Shown here: piece by piece, positions 24,484-36,800 of the stretch | How the letters are laid out: each line of letters starts with the position of its first letter | Position numbering within the stretch: the stretch's first letter is position 1 | NCBI GenBank assembly: GCA_964187785.1 | Contig: OZ076421.1 | Location: forward strand, 26,660,001 to 26,724,000 | DNA from: Amphiscolops sp. MND2022 | Lineage: Eukaryota | Direction of reading: 5' to 3' | DNA length: 64,000 bases | The notes under the pieces: generated by a model | Database searches by the model: none | What the model was told of the DNA's origin: nothing | What the model saw: the letters and a program-made list of their open reading frames with translations, nothing else | Program-made: the position numbers and the translations under genes

Positions 24484-24757
24484 TTTCGAAGCACAACTTC
24501 CGGTAACTGATTGAAATTGTTCACAAATGTTTTCATTTTTTTTTGACTTGAAAAAAATTCAAAAAATTCAGCTGTACTTAGCTTTTTGGTACCATAGTGT
24601 AGCTTGGATGCAGGTCCTACTTTAAGGACTGGTTACCAAAATGACCTCGATGCCTAAAATTACAAGTTCACCCCTCATTGGTACCAAAAACCAAATAAAC
24701 TCAATGAATTGCAACATTAGTTTTAGGACATAAATGAAAACTAGTAAAAGAACATTA

Positions 24758-25266
24758 TCAACTAAATCGAAAATTGAAAACAGTCTCTTCCATCGTCCTC
24801 AATACACTTCTGGACTTTGGATTGAAACTAGCATCGCTCCCTCCGGAGAGCATCATTTGGAATCACCTGTGGCTTTCCAAGAGATTGTTCATTGTTAGCC
24901 CTCCTGCACCACGTTTGATGTAGTCGTCGTCAAAGAAAAAAGTTCTGATAAGCGCCTCACATGGCTGTCTCCAATAATGAGAGTAGTCATAATCCTAAAC
25001 TGTGAACAAGATAAACTACCTCGCAAGTTGAAGGTCACCTCCATAAATGCAAACACCAAGGTAAAATTCTCTTTGTCTGTATGTGATTTCGCAAATTTGA
25101 GTTTTAATAAACAGATGTGTTGATCGACAGTCAAACCCTACTTAAAGAAGCGAGGGAATGTACTTATGATCTCATGATCGTGAAGACTTTTGCAAGATAC
25201 CTGCCCAAAACGTTCGCAGTTTCGACAGAACAGTCTCGAAAATCAATAATCACAAAATTTAAACAT
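24758..25266 (-). pseudogene. 5' exons of one array-unit gene (Cys/His motif plus SGNH block I)
   Basis: Exon 1 25201-25266 (MFKFCDY*FSRLFCRNCERFGQ), 63-nt intron, exon 2 25039-25137 (GLTVDQHICLL...FME), 39-nt intron, then exon 3 from 24999 with MTTLIIGDSH (GDSH at 24961-24972). Both introns are GT-AG and phase 0. Confidence 0.65.
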
Positions 25267-27106
25267 CTTCATAATAAACCTTAGATAGCGTTGAAAAAAC
25301 TTGGTTGTAAAATATGGAAATCTAATTAAATAAAGTTGGTATAATATGTATATATATTTGCGAGACTTTTGATACAAGAAACTCCCAGAAAAGTTTTTTT
25401 TTCGGTTCGTTGATGTTATAAATCAATGGTAGAACATCAATTCAACTAACAATCTAATTTACAACGTAAGTCAGATAAGGTTCAAAGAATACCCAATGTT
25501 ATTTATAACGCGAAAACCAAGTAGACAAAATCTATTCGATCCTGTAAGGTGAGAAATAAACAAAGCAATCATTGAGACAGAGAATTGGCAAAACACCTGA
25601 ATGAATTAAAAGATTCAATGACTAAGGAAAATGCAGGCTGGTTGTGAAGGTGATTAGTTGCATAAATCGTCAACACCCTTCTCCATTGACATGCAAGCCG
25701 TCAGTATCAGCGTGCTTGTTGAAGGAAATCTGTGGAAAAGACATAGCATAACTTTTGTAAAAATTATACAACGTTTAGAGGTAGCAGACTACTTGTGTTA
25801 TCGCTGCGTTTAATCCCGGCTAATAAAATGTGACAAAGCAAAAACCAAAGCGATTGTTTCAAAATGATTCGAAAGATGTCAAAAACAAATCAGAAGTCGA
25901 GTATAACAAATGACCCTCAACTATGATAATCCCCTATCTTACCTTTGAGCCCAAAACCAATACTACGCCTGGGATTTCTACAAAATCAGTTCGTAGGGCC
26001 ATGTTGAATCCTTTAATGGCTTTGATGCAGGTCCTTCTTTGCAGACTGGTTACCAAAATGACCTCGATGCCTAAATTTACAAGTTCACCCCTCATTCCTT
26101 ACAAAAACCAAATAAACTCAACGAATTGCAACACTAGTCTTAAAACATAAATGAAAACTAGTAAAGGAACATTATCAACTAACTCGAAAAATAAAAACAG
26201 TCTCTTCCACCGTCCTCAATACACCTCTGGACTTTGAATTGAAACTAGCTTCGTTCTCTCCGAATGAAACTACCACGCGCTCTGAGAGCATCAATTGGAA
26301 TCTCCTGTGGCGTTCCAAGAGATTAGTCGTTGTTAGCCCTTCTGCACCACATATGATGCATTCGTCGTCAAAGAAAACAAATCTGATAAGAACCTCACAT
26401 GGCTGTCTCCAATAATTAGAGTAGTCATAATCCTAACCTGTGAACAAGATAACCTACCTTGCAAGTTGAAGGTTACATCCATAAATGCAAATATCAAGGG
26501 AAACTTCTCTTTGCGTGTATGTGATTTCGCAAATTTGAGTTTTAATAAACAGACGTGTTAATCGACAGTCAAACCCTACTTAAAAAAGCGAGTGAAAGTA
26601 CTTATGATCTGATGATCCTGAAGACTTTTGCAAGTTACCTGCCCAAAAGGTTCGCAGTTTCGAATAAACAGTCTCGAAAATCAAAAATCACAAAATTTAC
26701 ACATGTTCATATTAAACCTAGATAGCGTTGAAAAAACTTGGTTGTAAAGTATGGAAATCTAATTTAAAAAATTTGGTATAAAATTTATTTATTTTCTCGA
26801 GACTTTTGATACATGAAATCCTCAGGAAAGTTTTTTTTCGGTTCGTTGATGTTATAAATCAATGGTAAAACATCAGTTCAACTAACAATCTATTTTACAA
26901 CGTAAACCAGATAAGGTTCAAAGAATACAAAATGTTTTGTATAACACAAAAACCAAGTAGAAAAAATCTATTCGATCCTGTAAGAAGAGAATTAAACCAA
27001 GCAACTATTGAGACAGCGAATTGGCAAAACACCTGAATGAAAAAAAAAGATTCAATAACTAAAGAAAATGCAGCCTGGTTTTAGAGGTGATTAGTTGCAC
27101 AAATCG

Positions 27107-27875
27107 TCAACACCCTTCTCCATTGACATGCATGCCGTCAGTATCAGCGTGCTTGTTGAGGGAAATCTGTGGAAAAGACAAAACATAATCATTGTGAAAA
27201 TTATACAATGTTGAAAGGTAGCGGACTACTTCTGTTACCGTTGCGTTTAAGACCGGCTATTAAAATGTGACAAAGCAAAAACCAAAGCGATTGTTTCAAA
27301 ACGATTCGGAAGATGTTATAAACAAATCAGAAGGCGAGTATAACAAATGACCCTCAACTATGATAATCCCTATCTTACCTTTGAGCCCAAAATCAAGACT
27401 GCGCCTGGGATTTCTACAAAATCAGTTCGTAGGGACATGTTGAATCCTTTAATAGCTTTGATGCAGGTCCTTCTTTGCGGACTGGTTACCAAAATGACCT
27501 CGATGCCTAAAATTACAAGTTCACCCCTCATTGCTACCAAAAACCAAATAAACTCAACGAATTGCAACACTAGTCTTATGACATAAATGGAAACTAGTAA
27601 AAAAAACATTATCAACTTACTCGAAAAATAAAAGCAGTCTCTTCTACCGTCCTCAATACACGTCTGGACTTTAGATTGAAACTAGCATCGTTCCCTCTGC
27701 ATAAAACTACAAGGCGCTCTGTGATCTGAGAGCATCATTTGGAATCTCCTGTGGCGTTCCAAGAGATTAGTCGTTGTTAGCCCTCCTGCACCACGTATGA
27801 TGCAGTCGTCGTCAAAGAAAACAAATCTGATAAGAACCTCACTTGGCTGTCTCCAATAATTAGAGTAGTCATAAT
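27107..27875 (-). pseudogene. 3' exons of one array-unit SGNH/GDSL hydrolase gene
   Basis: Exon 3 ends at 27617, then an 83-nt intron, exon 4 27379-27533 (MRGELVILGIEVILVTSPQRR...GSK), a 212-nt intron, and exon 5 from 27166 (ISLNKHADTDGMHVNGEG; block V DGMH at 27128-27139). Block III CGGNDA is intact in other copies, e.g. 33449-33466. Confidence 0.75.
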
Positions 27876-30800
27876 CCTAACCTGTGAACAAGATAACCTA
27901 CCTTGCAAGTTGAAGGTTACATCCATAAATGCAAATATCAAGGGAATTTTCTCTTTGCGTGTATGTGATTTCGCAAATTTGAGTTTTAATAAACAGACGT
28001 GTTGATCGACAGTCAAACCCTACTTAAAAAAGCGAGTGAAAGTACTTATGTTCTGATGATCCTGAAGTTTTTTGCAAGTTACCTGCCCAAAAGGTTCGCA
28101 GTTTCGAATAAACAGTCTCGAAAATCAAAAATCACAAAATTTACACATGTTCATATTAAACCTAGATAGCGTTGAAAAAACTTGGTTGTAAAGTATGGAA
28201 ATCTAATTTAAAAAATTTGGTATAAAATTTATATATTTTCTCGAGACTTTTGATACATGAAATCCTCAGAAAAGTTTTTTTTCGGTTCGTTGATGTTATA
28301 AATCAATGGTAAAACATCAGTTCAACTAACAATCTAATTTACAACGTAAACCAGATAAGGTTCAAAGAATACAAAATGTTTTGTATAACGCAAAAACCAA
28401 GTAGAAAAAGTCTATTCGATCCTGTAAGGTGAGAATTAAACCAAGCAACTATTGAGACAGAGAATTGGCAAAACACCTGAATGAAAAAAAAACTCAATAA
28501 CTAAAGAAAATGCAGCCTGGTTTTAGAGGTGATTAGTTGCACAAATCGTCAACACCCTTCTCCATTGACATGCATGCCGTCAGTATCAGCGTGCTTGTTG
28601 AGGGAAATCTGTGGAAAAGACAAAACATAATCATTGTAAAAATTATACAATGTTGAAAGGTAGCAGACTACTTGTGTTACCGCTGCGTTTAAGACCGGCT
28701 ATTAAAATGTGACAAAGCAAAAACCAAAGCAATTGTTTCAAAACGATTCGGAAGATGTTATAAACAAATCAGAAGGCGAGTATAACAAATGACCCTCAAC
28801 TATGATAATCCCCTATCTTACCTTTGAGCCCAAAATCAAGACTGCGCCTGGGATTTCTACAAAATCAGTTCGTAGGGCCATGTTGAACCCTTTAAAAGCT
28901 TTGATGCAGGTCCTTCTTTGCGGACTGGTTACCAAAATGACCTCGATGCCTAAAATTACAAGTTCACCCCTCATTGCTACCAAAAACCAAATAAACTCAA
29001 CGAATTGCAACGCTAGTCTTATGACATAAATGGAAACTAGTAAAAAACATTATCAACTAACTCGAAAAATAAAAGCAGTCTCTTCTACCGTCTTCAATAC
29101 ACGTCTGGACTTTAGATTGAAACTAGCATCGTTCCCTATGCATAAAACTACAAGGCGCTCTGTGGTCTGAGAGCATCATTTGGAATCTCTTGTGGCGTTC
29201 CAAAAGATTAGTCGTTGTTAGCCCTCCTGCACCACGTATGATGTAGTCTTCGTCAAAGAAAAAAGTTCTGATAAGCGCCTCACATGGCTGCCTCCAATAA
29301 TTAGAGTTGTCATAATCCTAACCTGTGAACAAGATAAACTACCTCGCAAGTTGAAGGTTAGAGCCTTAAATGCAAATATCAAGGGAAAGTTCTCTTTGTC
29401 TGTATGTGATTTCACAAATTTGAGTTTTAATAAACAGACGTGTTGATCGACAGTCAAACCCTATTAAAGAAGCGAGTCAAAGTACTTATGATCTGATGAT
29501 CGTGAAGACTTTTGCAAGTTACCTGCTCAAAACGTTCGCAGTGTCGACAGAACAGTTTCGAAAATCAATAATCACAAATTTTAAACATGTTCATAAAAAA
29601 CCTTAGATAGCGTTGAAAAAACTTGGTTGTAACATATGGAAATCTAATTTAAAAAAGTTGGTATATTATGTATATTTATTCTCAAGACTTTTGATACATG
29701 AATTTCCCAGAAAAGCTTTTTCGTTTCGTTGATGTTATATTTCAATGGTAAAACATCACTTCGATTGACAATCTAATTTACAACGTAAGTCAGATAAGGT
29801 TCAAAGAATACCCAATGATATGTACAACGCAAAAACCAAGTAGAAAAAATCTATTCGATCATGTAAGGTGAGAATTAAACAAAGCAACTATTGACACAGA
29901 GGAGAATTGGCAAAACACCTGAATGAATTGGAAGATTCAATAAGTAAAGCAAATGCAGGCTGGTTTTAGAGGTGATTAGTTGCATAAATCATCAATGCCC
30001 TTCTCCATTGGAATGCATGCCGTCAGTATCAGCGTGCTTGTTGAGGGAAATCTGTGGAAAAGACAAAACATAATCATTGTAAGAATTATACAATGTTGAA
30101 AGGTAGCAGACTACTTGTGTTACCGCCGCCTTTAAGACCGGCTATTAAATTGTGACAAAGCAAAAACCAAAGCGATTGTTTCAAAACGATTCGGAAGATG
30201 TTATAAACAAATCAGAAGGCGAGTATAACAAATGACCCTCAACTATGATCATCCCCTATCTTACCTTTGAGCCCAAAATCAAGACTGCGCCTGGGATTTC
30301 AACAAAATCAGTTCGTAGGGCCATGTTGAATCCTTTAATAGCTTGGATGCAGGTCCTTTTTTAGGGACTGGTTACCAAAATGACCTCGATGCCTAAAATT
30401 ACAAGTTCACCCCTCATTGCTACCAAAAACCAAATAAACTCAACGAATTGCAACACTAGTCATAGGACATAAATGAAAACTAGTAAAAGAACTTTATCAA
30501 CTAACTCGAAAATTAAAAACAGTCTCTTCTACCGCCCTCAATACACGTCTGGACTTTAAATTGAAACTAGCATCGTTCCCTCTGCATAAAACTACAAGGC
30601 GCTCTGTGATCTGAGAGCATCATTTGGAATCTCCTGTGGCGTCCCAAGAGATTAGTCGTTGTTAGCCCTCCTGCACCACGTATGATGTAGTCTTCGTCAA
30701 AGAAAAAAGTTCTGATAAGCGCCTCACATGGCTGCCTCCAATAATTAGAGTAGTCATAATCCTAACCTGTGAACAAGATAAACTACCTCGCAAGTTGAAG

Positions 30801-33800
30801 GTTAGAGCCTTAAATGCAAATATCAAGGGAAACTTCTCGTTGTCTGTATGTGATTTCACAACTTTGAGTTTTAATAAACAGACGTGTTGATCGACAGTCA
30901 AACCCTATTAAAGAAGCGAGTGAAAGTACTTATGATCTGATGATCGTGAAGACTTTTGCAAGTTACCTGCTCAAAACGTTCGCAGTGTCGACAGAACAGT
31001 TTCGAAAATCAATAATCACAAATTTTACACATGTTCATAAAAAACCTTAGATAGCGTTGAAAAAACTTGGTTGTAAAATATGGAAATCTAATTAAATAAA
31101 GTTGGTATATTATGTATATATATTCTCAAGACTTTTGATACATGAAATTCCCAGAAAAGCTTTTTCGTTTCGTTGATATTATATTTCAATGGTTAAACAT
31201 CACTTCGATTGACAATCTAATTTACAACGTAAGTCAGATAAGGTTCAAAGAATAGCCATTGATGTGTACAACGCAAAAACCAAGTAGAAAAAATCTATTC
31301 GATCATGTAAGGTGAGAATTAAACAAAGCAACTATTGACACAGAGGAGAATTGGCAAAACACCTGAATGAATTAAAAGATTCAATTACTAAAGAAAATGC
31401 AGGCTGGTTTTGAAGGTGATTAGTTGCATAAATCGTCACTACCCTTCTCCATTGACATGCAAGCGTCAGTATCAGCGTGCTTGTTGAGGGAAATCTGTGG
31501 AAAAGACATAACATAACCATTGTAAAAGTTTTACATTGTTGAAAGGTAGCAGACTACTTGTGTTACCGCTGCGTTTAAGCCCGGCTAATAAAATGGGACA
31601 AAGCAAAAACAAAAGCGATTGTTTCAAAACGATTGGAAAGATGTTATAATTGAATCACAAGGCGAGTAAAACAAATGACGCTCAACTATGATAATCCCTT
31701 ATCTTACCTTTGAGCCCAAGATCAAGACTGCGCCTGGGATTTCTACAAAATCAGTTCATTGGGCCATGTTGAATCCTTTAATAGCTTGAATGCAGGTCCT
31801 TCTTTAAGGACTGGTTACCAAAATGACCTCGATGCCTAAAATTACAAGTTCACCCCTCATTGCTACCAAAAACCAAATAAACTCAACGAATTGCAACACT
31901 AGTCTTAGGACATAAATAAAAACTAGTAAAAAAACATTTTCAACTAACCCGAAAAATAAAAGCAGTCTCTTCTACCGTCCTCAATACACGTATGGACTTC
32001 AGATTGAAACTAGCACTGTTCCATCGGCATAAAACTACAAGGCGCTCTGAGAGCATCAGTTTAAATCTCCTGTGGCGTTCCAAGAGATTAGTCGTTGTTA
32101 GCCCTCCTGCAACACGTACGATGTAGTCGTCGTCAAAGACAAAAGTTCTGATAAGCGCCTCACAGGGCGGCCTCCAATAATTAGAGTAGTCACAATCCCA
32201 ACCTGTGAACAAGATAAACTACCTCGCAAGTTGAAGGTTAGAGCCATAGTGCAAATATCAAAGGAAACTTCTCTTTGTTTGTATGTGATTTCACAAATTT
32301 GAGTTTTATTAAACAGACGTGTTGATCGACAGTCAAACCGTACTTAAAGAAGCGAGTGAAAGTACTTATGATCTGATGATCGTGAAGACTTTTGCAAGTT
32401 ACCTGCCCAAAACGTTCGCAGTGTCGACAGAACAGTTTCGAAAATCAATAATCACAAATTTTAAACATGTTAATAATAAACCTTAAATAGCGTTTAAAAA
32501 GTTGGTTGTAAAATATGGAAATCTAATTAAATAAAGTTGGTATAATATGTATATATTTTTTCAAGACTTTTGATACATGAAATTCCCAGAAAAGTTTTTT
32601 CGTTTCGTTGTTGTTAAATTACAATGGTAAAACATCACTTCGATTGACAATCTAATTTACAACGTAAATCAGATAAGGTTCAAAGTATACCCAATGATAT
32701 GTATATCGCAAAAACCAAGTAGAAAAAATCTATTCGATCATGTAAGGTGAGAATTAAACAAAGCAACTATTGACACAGAGGAGAATTGGCAAAATACCTG
32801 AATGAATTAAAAGATTCAATAAGTAAAGCAAATGCAGGCTGGTTTTAGAGGTAATAAATTGCATAAATCATCAATACCCTTCTCCATTGGAATGCATGCC
32901 GTCAGTATCAGCGTGCTTGTTGAGGGAAATCTGTGGAAAAGACATAACATAACCATTGTAAAAATTATACATAGTTGAAAGGTAGCAGACTACTTGTGTT
33001 ACCACTGCGTTTAGGCCCGGCTATTAAAATGTGACAAAGCAAAAACAAAAACGATTGTTTCAAAACGATTCGAAAGATGTTATAAACTTCTCAGAAGGCG
33101 AGTATAACAAATGACCCTCAACAATGATAATCCCCTATCTTACCTTTGAGCCCAAAAATCAAGACTGCGCCTGGGGTTTCTGCAAAATCAGTTCGTAGGG
33201 CCATGTTGAATCCTTTAAGTGCTTCGATGCAGGTCCTTCTTTGCGGACTGGTTACCAAAATGACCTCGATGCCTAAAATTACAAGTTCACCCCTCATTGC
33301 TAACAAAAACCAAATAAACTCAACGAATTGCAACACTAGTTTTGGGACATGAATGAAAACTATTAAAAAAACATTATCAATTAACTCGAAAAACAAAAGC
33401 AGTCTCTTCCACCGTCCTCAAAACACGTCTGGACTTTGGATTGAAACTGGCATCGTTCCCTCCGCATAAAACTACCACGCGCTCTGAGAGCATCATTTGG
33501 AATCTCCTGTGGCGTTCCAAGAGATTAGTCTTTGTTAGCCCTCCTGCACCACCTATGATGTAGTCGTCGTCAAAGAAAGAAGTTCTGATAAGCGCCTCAC
33601 ATGGGTGTCTCCGATAATAAGTGTAGTCATAATCCTAACCTGTGAACAAGATAAATTACCTCGAAAGTTGAAGGTTACCTCCATCAATGCAAGTATCAAG
33701 GAAAACTTCTCTTTGTGTGTAAGTAATTTCGCAAATTTGAGTTTTAATAAACAGATGTGTTGCGCGACAGTCAAACCATACTTAAAGAAGCGAGTGAAAG

Positions 33801-36800
33801 TACTTATGATCTGATGATCGTGAAGACTTTTGCAAGTTACCTGCCCAAATGTTCGCAGTTTCGACAGAACAGTCCCGAAAATCATTAATCACAAATTTTA
33901 AACATGTTCATAAAAAACCTTAGATAGCGTTGAAAAACTTGGTTGTAAAATATGGAAGTCTACCTGAATAAAGTTGGTATTTTGTGTATATTTTTTACCG
34001 AGTCATTTGATACATGAAATTCCCGGAATTTTTTTTTCGGTTCGTTGATGTTATATATCAATGGTAAAACATCACTTCAACTAACAATCTAATTTACAAC
34101 GTAAATCAGATAAGGTTCAAAGAATACCCAATGTTACTTATAACGCAAAAACCAAGTAGAAAAAATCTATTTGATCATGTAAGGTGAGAATTAAACAAAG
34201 CAACTATTGAGACAGAAGAGAATTGGAAAAACACCTGAATGAATTAAAAGATTCAATAAGTAAAGCAACTGCACGCTGGTTTTAGAGGTAATAAATTGCA
34301 TAAATCATCAATACCCTTCTCCATTGGAATGCATGCCGTCAGTATCAGCGTGCTTGTTGAGGGAAATCTGTGGAAAAGACATAACATAACCATTGTAAAA
34401 ATTATACATAGTTGAAAGGTAGCAGACTACTTGTGTTACCACTGCGTTTAGGCCCGGCTATTAAAATGTGACAAAGCAAAAACAAAAACGATTGTTTCAA
34501 AACGATTCGAAAGATGTTATAAACTTCTCAGAAGGCGAGTATAACAAATGACCCTCAACTATGATAATCCCCTATCTTACCTTTGAGCCCAAAAATCAAG
34601 ACTGCGCCTGGGGTTTCTGCAAAATCAGTTCGTAGGGCCATGTTGAATCCTTTAAGTGCTTCGATGCAGGTCCTTCTTTGCGGACTGGTTACCAAAATGA
34701 CCTCGATGCCTAAAATTACAAGTTCACCCCTCATTGCTAACAAAAACCAAATAAACTCAACGAATTGCAACATTAGTCTTAAGACATAAATGAAAACTAG
34801 TAAAAGAACATTATCAACTAACTCGAAAAAAAATGCAGTCTCTTCCACCGTCCTCAAAACACGTCTGGACATTGGATTGAAACTGGCATCGTTCCCTCCG
34901 CATAAAATACCACGCGCTCTGAGAGCATCATTTGGAATCTCCTGTGGCGTTCCAAGAGATTAGTCTTTGTTAGCCCTCCTGCACCACCTATGATGTAGTC
35001 GTCGTCAAAGAAAGAAGTTCTGATAAGTGCCTCACATGGGTGTCTCCGATAATTAGAGTTGTCATAATCCTAACCTACGAACAAGATAAATTACCTCGAA
35101 AGTTTAAGGTTACCTCCATGAATACAAATATCAAGGAAAACTTCTCTTTGTTTGTATGTGATTTCACAAATTTGAGTTTTAATAAACAGACGTGTTGATC
35201 GACAGTCGAACCCTACTTAAAGAAGCGAGTGAAAGTACTTATGATCTGATGATCGTGAAGACTTTTGCGAGTTACGTGCCCAAAACGTTCGCAGTGTCGA
35301 CAGAACAGTTTCGAAAATCAATAATCACAAATTTTACACATGTTCATAATAAACCTTAAATAGCGTTGAAAAAACTTGGTTGTAAAATATGGAAATCTAA
35401 TTAAATAAAGTTGGTATAATATGTATTTATATTTTCAAGACTTTTGATACATGAAATTCCCAGAAAAGTTTTTTCGTTTCGTTGATGTTATATTTCAATG
35501 GTAAAACATCACTTCGATTGACAATCTAATTTACAACGTAAATCAGATAAGGTTCAAAGAATACCCAGTGATATGTATAACGCAAAAACCAAGTAGAAAA
35601 ATCTATTTGATCATGTAAGGTGAGAATAAAACAAAGCAACTATTGACACAGAGGAGAATTGGCAAAATACCTGAATAAATTAAAAGATTCAAAAGGTAAA
35701 GCAAATGCAGGCTGGTTTTAGAGGTGATTAGTTGCATAAATCATCAATACCCTTCTCCATTGGAATGCATGCCGTCAGTATCAGCGTGCTTGTTGAGAGA
35801 AATCTGTGGAAAAGACAAAACATAACCATTGTAAAAATTATACAATGTTGAAAGGTAGCAGACTACTTGTGTTACCGTTGGGTTTAAGACCGGCTATTAA
35901 AATGTGACAAAGCAAAAACCAAAGCGATTGTTTCAAAACGATTCGGAAGATGTTATAAACAAATCAGAAGGCGAGTATAACAAATGTCCCTCAACTATGA
36001 TAATCCCCTATCTTACAATTGAGCCCAAAATCAAGACTGCGCCTGGGATTTCTACAAAATCAATTCGTAGGGCCATGTTGAATCCTTTAATAGCTTTGAA
36101 GCAGGTCCTTCTTTGCCGACTGGTTACCAAAATGACCTCGATGCCTAAAATTACAAGTTTACCCCTCATTGCTACCAAAAACCAAATAAACTCAACGAAT
36201 TGCAACACTAGTTTTGGGACATGAATGAAAACTATTAAAAAAACATTATCAATTAACTCGAAAAATAAAAGCAGTCTCTTCCACCGTCCTCAAAACACGT
36301 CTGGACTTTGGATTGAAACTGGCATTGTTCCCTCCGCATAAAACTACCACGCGCTCTGAGAGCATCATTTGGAATCTCCTGTGGCGTTCCAAGAGATTAG
36401 TCTTTGTTAGCCCTCCTGCACCACCTATGATGTAGTCGTCGTCAAAGAAAGAAGTTCTGATAAGCGCCTCACATGGGTGTCTCCGATAATTAGAGTAGTC
36501 ATAATCCTAACATGTGAACAAGATAAATTACCTCGAGAGTTGAAGGTTACCTCCATAAATGCAAATATCAAGGAAAACTTCTCTTTGTGTGTATGTAACT
36601 TCGCAAATTTGAGTTTTAATAAACAGATGTGTTGAGCGACAGTCAAACCCTACTTAAAGAAGCGAGGGAAAGTACTTATGATCTGATGATCGTGAAGACT
36701 TTTGCAAGTTACCTGCCCAAAACGTTCGCAGTTTCGACAGAACAGTCCCGAAAATCATTAATCACAAATTTTAAACATGTTCATAATAAACCTTAGATAG

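Larger units (their letters stand above)
22469..24599 (-). mobile_element. Tc1/mariner DNA transposon inserted in the array
   Basis: 27-bp TIRs CACTATGGTACCA(G/A)AAAGCTA(C/A)GTACA at 22469-22495 and 24573-24599 (2 mismatches). TA is duplicated at 22467-22468 and 24600-24601. The array sequence CTTTAATA|GCTT resumes exactly. Confidence 0.97.

Noticed and set aside
24916-24975. Micro-intron (GTGAGG donor after GDSH) to repair the array frameshift
   Set aside because: The nearby acceptors remove 16 or 57 nt. Neither restores the block II frame and both lead to stops.
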